Positions 1 through 13,665 of a stretch of DNA of 64,000 nt are shown in pieces. The stretch comes from Octopus vulgaris (taxonomy: Eukaryota): positions 46,438,001 to 46,502,000 of the forward strand of contig OX597820.1 of NCBI GenBank assembly GCA_951406725.2, read 5' to 3'. Each line of letters opens with the position of its first letter. Positions within the stretch are counted from its first letter, which is position 1. A program made the position numbers and the translations under genes. Below the pieces are notes generated by a model. The model was not told the origin of the DNA. It saw only the letters and a program-made list of their open reading frames with translations, and made no database searches.

Positions 1-184
1 GCAAACCAACCAGTGAAATATTACGTCAACACAAGCCAAATTAACTTCTCTTGCTGTTAAGATTTAATTATTCAAAATGGCTGACCAATTCATTCAGTTG
101 ATTGACTGACACGTGTACATTGAAACAAGAGACATTCTTTCCATACCAATAATTACAAGCTTCTCAACTAATCGACTTCATCCA

Positions 185-378
185 CCATCACTATTGCCTT
201 CTCATCGTCGCTGTCGTCATCCTCGCCGTCATTATAATCATCGTTCTCATCGTCATCGTTATCATCATCAGCAGCAGCAGCAGCTGCATCATCATCATCA
301 CCATCGTAATCGTCATCGTCTCCCTACTTCGCCTCCTGCACCCCATCATCATCATCGTTGTCGTCGTCGTCATCATCC
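185..378. repeat. Degenerate (CAT/CGT/CAG)n trinucleotide microsatellite
   Basis: Runs of catcat, cgtcgt and cagcag seen directly. Confidence 0.85.
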
Positions 379-977
379 GTTAAGATCTTCTTTGTCTTCC
401 ATCTCCATAGGATCGATAATATATTAGTGAAAGGCTGGAGTCGATATAATCGCCTGTTCCTTCCTCCACTCAACAAACATTTCTAGTTTTGTGAATTGGT
501 TGGATCATCAAAATATCGGACAAAAAAATTCTTTACAGTACCTAATTACGATCCATTACTTTTTGAGTTCATATTCCACAGAAGTTAACTTTGCTTTTAT
601 CCTGCCGGATTCGATAACGTAAAATACCAATCAAACACTGGAGTAGATTTAATCGAATAGTTGAAGAGAAAGGAGCTTTGCTTCAGAGGATAATCGAAAC
701 TTGATCGCGCTCCATGCTTACCAGAAACTCGCTTCTTATATGATAGACGTTATTCACACAGCAAAGAAGAAAGCAACCACCACACAATAAGTATTGCGTT
801 TTAAAGCATGGATTGGGTAATGTTAAAGTGTGGCGCTCATGCCTCTCCCAAAGCACTTTAAGGATGTAAGAGGTGGGAGTTTCCTTCAAACGAAAATCGA
901 AAGAACGGATGTTAGAGCTTTCTGCTCGCTAAAAATGGTACTATTTGTTTTAAGACTATGTTGCACTATAATATTGA

Positions 978-1189
978 TTTCAAATCTTGGCACGAAGCCA
1001 GCAATTTCGAAGGAGGTGTACGTCGACTAAATTAACCCCAGTATTCTGCCGGTACTTATTTTATCGACCCCGAAAGGATGAAAGGCAAAGTGTACCTCGG
1101 CGGAATCTGAACTCGGAACACAAAGACGGACGAAATCCCGCTAAGCATTTCACCCAGCGAGCTAAAGATTCTACTTGATCGTCGCCTTA
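978..1189 (-). mobile_element. SINE family A copy
   Basis: Reverse complement of the recurring AAGGCGGCGAGCTGGCAGAA...GAGTTCAAATTCCGCCGAGGTCGACTTTGCCTTTCATCCTTTCGGGGTCGATAAAATAAGTACC consensus. Confidence 0.85.
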
Positions 1190-2225
1190 GATGCTGCACT
1201 ATAATGTTACAGACCAAACGGTTTGATCCCTAGAGCCCGTTTAGTTCTACATTTGCTTAAAACAGCGCTAAAAACGTTCGGGAACATTATATAGTGTGTG
1301 GGTTAGATCTAGGGTTCTGCTATTTGCTTCAAGGCAATGTTACATACCAGACGGTTTGATCGCCATAAACGTACTGTTTGCAATAAAATCAAGCCTATTA
1401 AAACTCTCGTGAATATTACATACCAAACGGGTTGCAATCCTAGTTGTTGATTCTTAACATTTAGTGCTGAACAAAGCTACTTGACTCCACTTGTATACTT
1501 TAGCAGCCTGACGGATCCTGAATTTATGATTAATAACAAAGACGAGAGCGAGAAATAATTGGGTGTGGGCTAAGAAGAGCATTTTCTTATGTGTGTGTTT
1601 ATGTATGTATATATAATAGTGTGTATAAATATATATATATATATATATATTTGTTTTTGTTTAAAACATCCAAACATTCCGACATTTCCATTATAGATAT
1701 AAGGTTCCTGCCACGGAATTTTTAAGAAATCCTCTTCGTTTCTTTCTGTCTTTGACTCTCTAGACATTTCTCACTCTTTTACACACAACTACTACTAAAT
1801 GTGTCGAGTTCCCCTTTTTTCCTGTGAGTGTGTGCGTTTAGTGTGTGCGTGTATGCGTGCTTGTAACTATGTGCATGTGTATGTTTGTGTATGTGTGCCA
1901 ATCAATAGGTTCATTGGCACATATACACATCAATAAATAACTGACAAAAAAATCGGTGTTACGTAGCCACATTCGTTGGCTTACAGCTGTTTCCATTATG
2001 AAAGCTTCGTGTAAAGGCTCTGATGAAGCTATCAGGTGTTATACTATTACTCTCAATTCACAGATCACTGTAGCAGAAACAACGGCCAGTCAATGAATGT
2101 CATTAGATAACTCACATTCTTTTGGGATTATTATGCGCTGTACATTATTATGGCTTTCATAGACATCCTGAAATGAGAACGTCAGTCAATTCACGCCACA
2201 TTCTAGTTAGAACATTAGAAATATG

Positions 2226-2322
2226 ATCACTGCGTGGTACCTTGGGCAAGTGTCTACTATAGCCTCGGGCCAACAAAAGCTTTGTGAGTGGATTTGGTAG
2301 ATTGAAACCGATACAAGCAACC
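2226..2322 (+). mobile_element. SINE family C (CORE-like) fragment
   Basis: ccttgggcaagtgtctactatagcctcgggcc...gtgagtggatttggtag matches 63746-63902. Confidence 0.7.
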
Positions 2323-2422
2323 GATACGATCTTTCTTTCCTTCCCTGAGCGTCTGCTCATACTTTACATGTACCACGTCCTCGCGCTGTTGTTTTTTCTG
2401 TTTCTTCTTGTCTTTTTATTAC

Positions 2423-2446
<24 letters not shown>

Positions 2447-2453
<7 letters not shown>

Positions 2454-2753
2454 ATCACGTGACTGACCAGACCATCAGATGTTGTTACACATCGCTGGTC
2501 ACAATGCGTTCGCATTGTTTTAGCCTTGGAATGACGCCACACCGCTGGCTAAGCGAGCAGGCCAACAGAAGAAAGAGTGGGAGAAAGAGTGGTGAAAGAG
2601 AACAGCTGGGATCGCCACCATCCCCTGCCGGAGCCTTGTGGAGCTTTTTAGGTGTTTACGCTCAATAAACACTCACAACGCCCGGTCTGGGAATCGAAAC
2701 CGTGATCCTACGACCGTGAGTCCGCTGCCCTAACCACTGGGCCATTGCGCCCC
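2447..2753 (-). mobile_element. tRNA-derived SINE family B
   Basis: On the minus strand: A-box-like TGGCCCAGTGG and B-box-like GTTTCGATTCC. Near-identical to 62404-62714; ends in TCACGTGATCACGTGA next to (TA)n. Confidence 0.85.
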
Positions 2754-2757
2754 CACA

Positions 2758-2843
<86 letters not shown>

Positions 2844-2847
<4 letters not shown>

Positions 2848-3007
2848 CAATTATATGTTACATTACTCGATAGTCAAGATAAAACTCTGAGTTCCAGATG
2901 CCGAGTTTTATCTTGACTATCGAGTAATGTAACATATAATTGTATAGATAAATTTCCTCTATTTACATAATATTGAGGTCTCTTTCTTTTGTTATCTTAC
3001 CGTTTTA

Positions 3008-3010
<3 letters not shown>
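2844..3010. repeat. (TA)n-embedded hairpin-plus-tail insertion
   Basis: Perfect ~44-bp arms at 2844-2887 and 2903-2946, 15-nt loop, ~65-nt tail, (TA)n on both sides. Confidence 0.85.
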
Positions 3011-3089
<79 letters not shown>

Positions 3090-3778
3090 GTATACATAGG
3101 TACGTGTGCCTGTATGTATATTTGTCTATGTATCTATGTACGTATATACACACACACAAACGTGGGGAAAGAGTACTTTGTTCATAACGCAGATATAATA
3201 GCAACAATTAAAAACAGATTTCACGTTGTCGTTACTCCAAGTTTTACGGTGCATAAAGCGGTTTAATGCCGTGTTTTCCTATATCCCTATATTCCCATAT
3301 GTAGAGAGACAGAGGAGGGGAGAAGAAAGGACAGTAGATAATTGAGAGAAATGAAAGGTAGGAGAAAAACCAAGCATGTATGAAAGCTGGAGTTAAGTTT
3401 GGTGAAAGCCCGCATTTGTGTGCATATATGTTCATATTTCTGTTAGTTTATACGTGTGTACTTGCACTTATATATCTATATATGTGTATGTATATGTGAA
3501 TGTATGTACGTTATATATATATATATATATATGCATGCATATAAGTATTTATGTAATTTTGGGTGTAGTGGTATAATAACGAAAAATTGTCGGCATGTAC
3601 ACTATGTTAATTCGATTGCCTCTTAGTTCAGTCGTTAATAATTTCATCATGCTGTTAACCTCACCCGTTCTGAATGCTTGATGGGTTTGCGTACTTCGAA
3701 CATAATAACACCTATTTACACGGGCGTATATATTTCATGCATATTTATACTCGCTTATATGTATGTATGTATGTATGT

Positions 3779-3913
<135 letters not shown>

Positions 3914-3921
3914 TAGATATA

Positions 3922-3971
<50 letters not shown>

Positions 3972-4155
3972 CATATATATACATATATATATATGTATAT
4001 ATATATGCACACACACAGATACACATATGTGTGAGTGTGCGTGTGTGTGTTCTCGAACAGGCTGTTCTGTTGATCGGATCAACAGAACCCTCGTCGTCGA
4101 AACCGACAGAGTGTCACGATATATATATGTAAATATATATATATTGTAAATATAT

Positions 4156-4228
<73 letters not shown>

Positions 4229-4236
<8 letters not shown>

Positions 4237-4962
4237 GTCTAGGGAGAGTCATTCTCTCTTAGTGCATTATTATTTAACACACTCACCGGTTCAGTTTTCA
4301 CTCCTTTACTTGCAAAATTTGCAGTAGTCGTTGACTCTGTTCGTTATCCGAGCTGTGTTCTTTTTGACCATATACACGCGCACATTTCACACAAGGACAC
4401 ATATGGAGACACACATCCATACATAACAGACGCACGTACATAGTTACAAAAAAACCCATACACAGACACACTCAGTCATGGGCACACAAGGAGACAGAGG
4501 TACACACACAAATACACACACAAATACACACACAAACACATACACACACACATACACGCACGTACAAACACACAGACACTAACAAACACATAAATATGCA
4601 GAATACATACATACAAACGTACATACATGCACGCATATATATATATATATATACATACACACAGACACACAGACACACATACATGTATATGCACACATAC
4701 ATGCATACATACACACCTACATACATACATACATACATACGAACATACATACATATGTGTTTGTGCTCTGACCCACACGCATATGCATAAACAAACAAAA
4801 GGAAGGCAGCCCGGATAACGTACAGAGTCAACGCGATTATTGAAAAGGTTGCAAGACACAACGAACATTTTAGAAAAAATAAATAAATGAATGGAAATTG
4901 AATCCGTAAGTGTGTTAAATAAGGCACTAATAGAGAATGACTCTCCCCAGACAACAAAATAT
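4229..4962. mobile_element. Element with diverged ~140-bp inverted ends around a CA/TACA-rich core
   Basis: gtctagggagagtcattctctcttagtgc...cgttgactctgttcgttatcc on the left is the reverse complement of ggataacgtacagagtcaacg...gcactaatagagaatgactctccccagac on the right. Abuts (TA)n. Confidence 0.7.
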
Positions 4963-5048
4963 ACTTCAACACACGAACTCACGTAAAGAATCTTGCAAAC
5001 CAATCCATAAACGAAATGTGTGTGTGTGCGTGCATGTGTTTGTGTATA

Positions 5049-5901
5049 CAGAGTGCGGTGAATAAACTGTCGTCTAAGTTATGCATTTTAACAGATATAT
5101 TTGCCAAAATTACATAAAAATATCTTGAAATACTAAAGCGTAAATTTATTCAATAAAATCACTATTGGCTTCAACCATAACCACCAGGCGACTTTGGAAT
5201 CTCCTGCAACTCTTTTGGACGGTCTCCTTGTTTAAGTTGGTAAATATTGCTCTAATTCTTGCCTTCAGTTCATCTTTGGTGTTACAAGGAGTTTTGTTGG
5301 TCTCTCGCTCAACTGCGCCCCACACATAATAATCAAGGGTGTTGCAGTCTGGAGCGTTAAGTGGCCAGATGTCAAGGGTGATGTGGTCGCAGAAATTTTC
5401 TGACAGCCATGACTGGTTCCTCCTGTTTGTGTGGCATGGTGCAGAGTGCTGTTGCCAGACATAGGGACTTCCAGCAATTACCCTCTTGACCCAGGGCAGC
5501 ATTACCTCCTCCAGGCACTTGATATAGGCCTCCGTGTTGAGTCTGAGACCGTGCGGGAAGATCAATGGAAGTATACGTCGCGGTCACTAGTGATCACTTC
5601 AAATACCATGATGTTGACAGGATGTTCGATTTTTATTAATCTCGGTACATGCCATCAGAATGCATTGTCCTCAGATTGACACCCAAACACTCTGAAATGT
5701 TCGTATTGGAGCTTCCGGCGCGAATGCCCAACATGTCGTTTCCAAATTTCTGGCAAAGCGAATTCCATAATGGTGAAGGTTTACTCATAGACGGTGCCCA
5801 ACTGACCCAACTATACTGTGTAGTCGACAAAATCATAACAAACAATGTGCATGCACGAAATTAAAACTATAAGATTGTGAAAATTTACCCATCGCACCCT
5901 G
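5049..5901 (-). mobile_element. Internally deleted Tc1/mariner transposon (maT/DD37D-like), defective transposase
   Basis: ORF 5146-5565 has WQQ(H)SAPCH and WPLNAPDCNTLDYYVW (cf. QQDSAP.H and WPPNSPD.NPLDY). Imperfect TIRs CAG(A/G)GTGCG.TG..TAAA flanked by TA. Confidence 0.85.
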
Positions 5902-5910
5902 TATGTGTGC

Positions 5911-6008
<98 letters not shown>

Positions 6009-6019
6009 TATATATATAA

Positions 6020-6503
6020 ACAAAATGAGAAAATGGAGAAACATACCTAAATTAATCATCAACCATCAGATAATACCCAATCAATACTTTATTAAACCAT
6101 TACACAACAGCAATGACATTATACATAATATATTACAAATATAACTAGACATAGAAAAAGAAATAGAATATACAATTACAATGTAGCTCAGCTTTTTCTA
6201 TGTCTAGTTATATTTGTAATATATTATGTATAATGTCATTGCTGTTGTGTAATGGTTTAATAAAGTATTGATTGGGTATTATCTGATGGTTGATGATTGA
6301 TTTAGGTATGTTTCTCCATTTTCTCATTTTGTATTATTAATTTACGGTAATAATTTTACCCTTGCCCACATAATACAGTAGATGAATTAATTGCATCGCA
6401 ATTTTTAACATTTATGTATTAGTTTTGTTGGGTACCTCTCTAGCAGTATATTGGATATATGTTATCCCATGGACGGTTGAATTTACAACCCCTATCTCAT
6501 TTT

Positions 6504-6510
<7 letters not shown>
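6020..6510. repeat. (TA)n-embedded hairpin-plus-tail insertion
   Basis: Near-perfect ~140-bp arms at 6020-6160 and 6192-6332, ~30-nt loop, ~180-nt tail, between (TA)n tracts. Confidence 0.9.
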
Positions 6511-6570
<60 letters not shown>

Positions 6571-6667
6571 GGAGTAAACATATAAATGTGAAACAAGGTG
6601 GAAAAAAGAGTACTCAAATACCAGTGGTAGAGTAATATGCTTTATTTAAAGCAGCAGAAAATTCAAC

Positions 6668-6714
6668 AAAACCTGTTACTCTGAGTTTCCCGTTGCCGTT
6701 CATCGGACAGTTTT
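6668..6714 (-). ncRNA. Minimal type I hammerhead-like motif (variant core)
   Basis: Minus strand: CUGU CCGAUGA ACG-GCAA-CGG GAA ACUC-A-GAGU A ACAG. Stems I-III and a GUA site are present; U4 is replaced by C. Confidence 0.5.
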
Positions 6715-6851
6715 TGCTAGAATGGAACCGATATGTCAATTCTATCCAGACTATTACAAACGCTACACCTTTAAAAAAAACGCTACACCTTTAAAAAAAA
6801 AATATATATATATATTTAAAATATTTAGGAAAATACTTGATACAGTTATAA

Positions 6852-7136
6852 TATTTAGAGAAAGATTTTTTTCAAAAAGTTACGATTAAGAAAAAAAACT
6901 TTTAGAGATGGTACTAAATGGTACTAACCTTTAGGAAGGAATTTCACAAATTGTGCGTAGGCATTAATAAACGTGCAAGCGCTTTCGTGTTTGATAGCGC
7001 TGGGAACTGAAAGCGCTTGCACTTTTATTAAAGCCTGCACACAATTTGTGAAATTCCTTCCCAAAGTTTAGTACCATTCTACTCTCTAAAGAGTATTTTT
7101 CTTAATCTTAACTTTTTGAGAAAAATCTTTCTCTAA

Positions 7137-7139
<3 letters not shown>
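6852..7139. repeat. Imperfect ~290-bp palindrome
   Basis: gaaggaatttcacaaattgtg / cacaatttgtgaaattccttc and gtgcaagcgctttc / gaaagcgcttgcac; arms visibly diverged. Confidence 0.8.
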
Positions 7140-7183
<44 letters not shown>

Positions 7184-7224
7184 ATTAGAGCGTGCTTCTC
7201 TTTCGGATTTATGATTTACTGGCG

Positions 7225-7266
<42 letters not shown>

Positions 7267-7384
7267 GTGTGTATGTATGATGTATGTACGTATATATGGA
7301 ATTTCTTGTTATTCTTTTAAAACTACATTTCCTTAAGTACCAGGAAACGACCCCTACAGGCACACACACACACACACACGCACA

Positions 7385-7424
<40 letters not shown>

Positions 7425-7668
7425 AGCACGCACCCACGCATACATTTAATTACTCGTAGATGCCAGCCCCAGGAGAAACAATAGTTAAGCTATTTTTAGC
7501 GTAGAGTAAGTGTACGTGACCGAAAAATATCGAGACATCCGGAATTTACCGAAAGCCTTGAGCTAAAGCTCTCATGTCTGTAACACAGCAGGATATTTAG
7601 TGAATAAAACAATTAATATTTTAATACTAAATTAACTACTTTTATTAAAATCTTGTTTGTTTTTTATA

Positions 7669-7700
<32 letters not shown>

Positions 7701-7797
7701 ACGGGAAGCTTTATGAAAATAAACAAAAGACGAAGGCAGGTGGAGTACAAACAAACAATTGTATTAGTATGGCGCTAAGGAATATAAATAAAACAAG

Positions 7798-7836
7798 TCT
7801 TTTACGTTTCGAGCCTACGCTCTTCAACAGAAAGAT
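7798..7836 (-). ncRNA. Degenerate hammerhead-like motif in a (TA)n-flanked insertion (7700-7900)
   Basis: Minus strand: ucuuucug UUGAAGA GCGUAGGCUC GAAACGUA aaaga, with palindromic ACGU stem III. Confidence 0.4.
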
Positions 7837-7897
7837 ACACGGAAAGAAACAAGGAGAGAAAAAAATGCGTGCAGAAGCTAGCGAATCAACATGGCGA

Positions 7898-7956
<59 letters not shown>

Positions 7957-8149
7957 TCGTGTTTTGCGTCTGTATGTATATACACACGTACGTACCTGCA
8001 TATGCCTATATAATTTTATACATACACGCATACAGACACGCGCACACACACATACATATATATGTGTATATGTAGGGATGTAATGTATGAACGTGTGCGA
8101 ACTAATATGTGTATGAGTACATACGCACACATACGTGTGCATGGGCATG

Positions 8150-8187
<38 letters not shown>

Positions 8188-8224
8188 ATGTATATCACAA
8201 TGCTTTATTATATATCAAATATGT

Positions 8225-8682
8225 AAGGCGGCGAGCTGGCAGAAACGTTAGCACGCCGGGCGAAATGCTTATCGGTATTTCGTCTGTGGTTACGTTCTGA
8301 TTTCAAATTCCGCTGAGACCGACTTTGCCTTTCATCCTTTCGGGGTCAATTAAATAAGTATCAGTTACGCACTGGGGGTCGATGTAATCGACTTAATCCG
8401 TTTGTCTGTCCTTGTTTGTCCTCTCTGTGTTTAGCCCCTTGTGGGTAGTAAAGAAATAGGTATTTCGTCTGCCGCTACGTTTTGAGTTCAAATTCCACCG
8501 AGGTCGATTTTGCTTTTCCTCCTTTCGGGGTCGACTGAATAAGTACAAGTTACGCACCAGTCGAGGTCGACTTTGCCTTTCGGGGTAGATAAATTAAGTT
8601 CCAGTTGCCTACTGGGAGTCGATCAAATCGACTGATCCCCCTCCCCAAAATTTTCGGGCCTCGTGTCTAGACTAAGAAAGAT
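8225..8682 (+). mobile_element. Tandem/rearranged SINE family A copies
   Basis: Full head at 8225; the internal segment ggtatttcgtctg...cctttcggggtc is repeated from ~8459. Confidence 0.85.
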
Positions 8683-9401
8683 TATATATAGTATAAGTGT
8701 GTGTAGCACTTTTATAAACGTTAGCTATTAAGTGTTAGCCGAAGTTAGCTCATGTTTCTTAACTGTTGATTTAAATATGCAGTCTGTTGGAGATTTATAA
8801 GACCGGTGTTTGTTTTCTTTTTCTGATATCCTACCTTTAAGCTCTTTTTTGCTTTATTTTCCTCTAATTTCTCCAGTTTACGCTTCTTATTTATGAGCAT
8901 TTTATTTTAGGATTCACATTACTCTCTCTCTCTCTCTCTCTCTCACGTTCTATGTATTTTATATTCTATTATTGTGACCTTTATTTGAATAGCTGCATAT
9001 CTTTTCTTTAGCCCAGTGATTTTTTGAAGTAAAGATACATATGTAAAATAATAAAATTATTGCAGCTGACTCATAAAAGTACCGTGTGAAACAGTTAAAT
9101 CCCAGGAAACTAGGAATGGTCTGCGTCGGCGTTTAGTGGGTGCAATTATTGGCAAAGTGAAATACGAAGGGTGTGCTAAAAATTTCCTGGTTTGGGGCAA
9201 AAGAAAATATAGGAGGTTCAGTTAATTATTATTCAGCATATTCCCTTCTCACATTCACACACTAATCCTTCAGTCTTTCTAAGCCCTGTAAAATAACTCG
9301 ACAAGTTGGGCCTCCTACAAAGACTTTCACGATACCCTTAAAACCAGTACCCACCTCGAAAATTATTTTACTGTGAAGAAGAGAAGTTTAAAAGTTTAAA
9401 T

Positions 9402-9970
9402 CAGCGGTTCTCAACCGGGGTCCATATGGCCATTTGGCTCTTGTGGGGTGCATGTAAGATTTTGTTGTTCAAATTTATGTACAATAAATTGGTTCTTCTA
9501 CAATACAAAAAATATTTTAATGTTTTTAAGCAATTTGTAATAATATTGAATTTTAAAAAAAAAAGGACAGTAAGATTTCTTAAAGGAGGCATAATGGCCC
9601 AGTGGTTAGGGCAGCGGACTCGCGGTCGGAGGATCGTGGTTTCGATTCCCAGACCGGGCGTTGTGTGTATTTATTGAGCGAAAACACCTAAAGCTCCACG
9701 AGGCTTCAGCAGGGGGGGGGTAACCCCTTTTGTACTCTTTCGCCCCAATTTTCTCTCACTCTTTATTCCTGTTTCTTGAGTAACGCTGCGATGGACTGGC
9801 GGGGGGAACACATACGCCATAGAAACCGGAAAACCGGGCCCATGAGACTGGCTAGGCTTGAAAAGGGCGCATAAATAAATAATAAGACTTCTTATATATA
9901 TTGAATGGCTATGGGGATCCAGTAGAATAAAATAGGAGATCCATAGGCAAAAAATGGTTGAAAATCACGG
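9402..9970. mobile_element. hAT-like MITE with a nested SINE
   Basis: Termini CAGCGGTTCTCAACC and GGTTGAAAATCACGG; 8-bp flanks gtttaaat / gtttaaaa consistent with a hAT target-site duplication. Confidence 0.65.
9586..9882 (+). mobile_element. tRNA-derived SINE, family B head with a different 3' body
   Basis: Head matches 62404. (AAAT)n tail; flanked by taagatttctta / taagacttctta, a probable target-site duplication. Confidence 0.8.
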
Positions 9971-10882
9971 GTTTAAAACAAAACCATTAGAAACCTCATT
10001 CTCACAGCAAAAGCAAAATGGATAACCTTGTCATTTTCTGTGCTGGAGAGCCAGTTTCCTTCATTGCTTTTAAACTTAGAATTGTTATCATTAAAATGCT
10101 TCCTTGGTGATCCCCCAACGACAACGATTTGTAGAGTCGTTGAGCGTCGGTTTTTGGTTCGAATCTCAGTGAACTCAATTCTAAATCCAACGGGTCCAAC
10201 GTTGCTTTTAATCCCCTTCAGGGTTGATAAAATAAATCCCATTTCAGGATTCTTTTTTTTTTTTTTTTTTTTTTTGCCAAAATTGTAAAAGCTGGATACG
10301 GATGTCTTGCAGTATTTGTTTCGGCTGTTTGCCTTCTGAATTCAAATTTTTCCATAGCCTACATAGGTGAAATACTTAATTCATCGACCGCTTTGCCAAC
10401 ACCACCTGATATCTTGCGTGCTTTGAGCGGAGTTCACCCAGTTGAAGTACTTGAAATAGGTTTCCGATTTGAGGATAACTTTCTGTCTCCCCACACCAAT
10501 CACGGGTGTCCTGTAAAGGGTCATAGGCAACAGTACTAAAGACTACATCACGAAGACTGACCTTCTGTGCAGCCAGAAAATACTTTAGCTTCCAAAAATT
10601 GCTAACATAATACAAATGTAAAGCTCAAATGCGACATACAGTGTAGTACCGCTTCCACATTTCGGACAGTACAGTTAATGTGGACAAAAAATATGCTAGA
10701 CCACACCTTCATCCCAAAAGCTACCCAACTATTGGCATGAAATTGTTATCACATTCCAACTCCTGACTGACAACAGTTCTCTTTACTCATCTACCTTTTT
10801 CTCTACCTTTTTCATAAGAAAGTAAAAGGATATAAACAATGTGGAGATGAGTAGCAAGGTACACTACCTATATATACATACA

Positions 10883-10968
<86 letters not shown>

Positions 10969-11434
10969 AAGAGATAATTGTATAGAATACAATTATAATT
11001 AAGGGCGCGTATATATTAGAAAGAATGCGTCAACGTTTAGTTGGCTTCTAAGTATAAGGCCAACTGCAATAACTTTAGTCAACTGCAACGAACCTCACAT
11101 TAATACTGACATTCAAAACTGCAAGGCTAAATTCTAATTCTAAGCCTTACTCCAACCTTTAACACCAAACCATAAGCCATAAACGTAAACCTGACTATTT
11201 CTGCTGTGGTCTTCATTGGTTTGTAAATGTAACAAACGTCCAGGTCTAGAGCCCTAATACCATTGTTAGTCACAGCTCACCCGCATGTTTGTAAAATAAC
11301 GTTGAGACTTTTGTGTGCTTGTTTAGAGTTCTTGTAATCGATGAAGGCTTGCAAATTGAGCTGATTATACATGTTCCAACCTTTGTATATCTTACGAGAT
11401 ATCTAACGAGATGTTATTTTTTTATATTTTACAG

Positions 11435-11459
11435 GGAGTCACAGATAAACAAGTAAACG
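11435..11459 (+). CDS. TnC: Troponin C, short coding exon (GVTDKQVN + first base of D)
   Basis: Acceptor ttttttatattttacag, 25-nt exon, donor G|gtaagg. Joins in frame to 14628 to give ...DKQVNDAQQAF, like the N-terminus of molluscan TnC. Confidence 0.8.
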
Positions 11460-12334
11460 GTAAGGCTTTCTATGGTACAATTTATTATACCACTTCTATT
11501 TGTTCTCTTCTTTTTTTTTTTTTATTAGAAAGCGAATCCTCCTTACATCTCTAATATGATTATAAATAAAGGAACCTTTTTCAATACTCTTCCGAAGTAA
11601 AAAGGCACGATTCGGTAACTATTTTACAAAGTGTGAAAAACGACAATAACCGCAGGTGTAACTTTACAGTGAATTAATAAATGCATTTCATAAAAGAAAA
11701 CATATTTACTATTGATATAATTTGACAGGCTATCTAAAAACTTCCTACCGAATTTATCTGTTGGGAAAATAGAATTTGTTTCTCTTTGATGTTTTTGTAT
11801 CTTGTTTAGTCCCTTTTTAATGCCGGTACTGAAACCCTGAGTCCTTACACGTTTACGCTTAATTTTGTGGATGTAACCAGAGAAAGTTGAAAGACGTTAG
11901 GACCTAGTTAAGCTGGATTTTGCTTCCAAATCAGCATCAGTGTAAGGTGGCATTCTCTCTTCTTGAAAGGTATGCTAGTAGGACAAAGTTTGCGCCAAAA
12001 TCCAAATTAATCAAATTATTTTGATATCTGAAAGAAACCTAGTTTTCTAAGAGCAAACAATATTATGTACAGCGTTGACGAAGGATTATATCCTCCGTTA
12101 TACGGAATGTAAACAAATTCTACCAACTGTAGATATCCGAATATCTTTGGTTTCCAAAGCTGTTCCTTCTTGAAATATAGATATTTAGTACAAAATTTCG
12201 ATAAAGAAACTTTTATGCATAAAGGTGGTGAACTTACTATTGTAAGGTATCACCTTCAGTTACTATTGTTGGTTTTAGAAAATCTATATCAGCACGAGAT
12301 TGCTACGAGATGCCACCCACATTTATTATCAATT

Positions 12335-12548
12335 AAGGCGGCAAACTGAAAAGAATCGTTAGGACGCCGGTTAAAATGCTTAGTGGTCTTCCTTCCGGTT
12401 TTGTTCAAATGTTGCCGAGATCATCTTTACTTTTCATTCTTTCGGGGTCGCTGAAATAAATACCACTTGGATACTGTGGGTTAATGTGATCGACTGCCCC
12501 CTCCCTTCAAAGTTGTTAGTCTTATTTCCAAGATCAGAAACAATTATT
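12335..12548 (+). mobile_element. SINE family A, diverged copy
   Basis: aaggcggcaaactg...aatgcttag...ttcggggtcg...aaataaataccac. Confidence 0.75.
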
Positions 12549-13083
12549 TCTTACTTATGGTCAAATTTATACTAACACAGTGTTTCTGTTAGATATCATT
12601 ACTCATAGTGTATTTTCCTTTCTTGATAATGAAATCCGTATCAAGGCTAAAGTAACAACTACAGTTGTCATATTTTGTTTTTCTCAATTCTGTCGTCATT
12701 CAAGATTCCCACAAGGAATTACATGCAGTTATGAAAAGCTTAACAAAGGCTTCAAGAATGGGCGAACGTGGGAATCACTAAGTGGTCACATCCTATCATC
12801 ATAAAAAAAAAGGAAGAATACATTTGATAACTTAGTCGTAATTAACCCCCAAATAATGCGAATCTGAATATACTGTCTGAAAAATTGAAAGGTTGATGAG
12901 GGTTGGTGGGAGCTAGTCAACTTCAATAACACTGACCCGGGGTTTAAGCAACAACAAGACTAAAAGAGAAATAATTTATAATATATTTGTCGAATATATT
13001 CGTTGGGTTGAGATCTTTTATCGTGAAATTTCCACTAAAAATACATATTTTTCATTCTTCTAGCTACAGAGCTATGGTTATGT

Positions 13084-13125
<42 letters not shown>

Positions 13126-13449
13126 TGAGAGAGAGAGGGAGAGAGACCCTGTGCATTTGTTTGAATGTGTTTGTATACATGCGCATACATATATACATAC
13201 AAGAAATGTAAATCATACGGGAGATGCATTGTATAATTCTCCTCACATCTAAAATACTGTTTCATAATCAACAACACTTCTCAAAGACTCTGCACTCAGG
13301 TTGGTTACACATTTTATCTCAGCAAAAAATCTATAGAATAACCAGGATCCATGCTATAAACTGGATCAATTCAAGTGACTACAATCTTCACCATGTAGAT
13401 TTTTCTACCCTGTGCTTTCAACAAATCAATCAATATTTTAGCCTATTTT

Positions 13450-13665
13450 AAGGTGGTGAACTGGCAGAATCGTTAGCACGCTGAGTGAAATGCTTAGCAG
13501 CGTTTTGTCCATCCTTACGCTCTGAGTTCAAATTCCACCGAGGTCGACTATGTCTATCATCCCTTCGGGATCGATAAAATAAATACCAGCTGAACACTGG
13601 GTTGATGTAATCGGCTTATCCTCTTCCTTGAAATTTCTGGCCTTGTGCCAAAATTTGAAACCAAT
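13450..13665 (+). mobile_element. SINE family A copy
   Basis: aaggtggtgaactggcagaatcgttagcacg...gagttcaaattccaccgaggtcgac. Confidence 0.85.

Noticed and set aside
77-106. ATGGCTGACCAA (MADQ, calmodulin-like start) as the first TnC exon
   Set aside because: No donor site follows and the frame stops after 10 codons.
113-427. His/Gln/Arg-rich 104-aa ORF
   Set aside because: Explained by a degenerate trinucleotide repeat; no splice or homology support.
9586-9660. tRNA genes at 9586, 2680-2753 and 62404
   Set aside because: These are tRNA-like SINE heads continuing into shared bodies, without a proper acceptor stem or terminator.
10847-10858. ATG AGT AGC AAG|gtacac as the TnC start exon
   Set aside because: Phase fits but the donor is weak and the context is repeat-like. 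An ATG-only first exon upstream of the window is equally plausible, so left unassigned.
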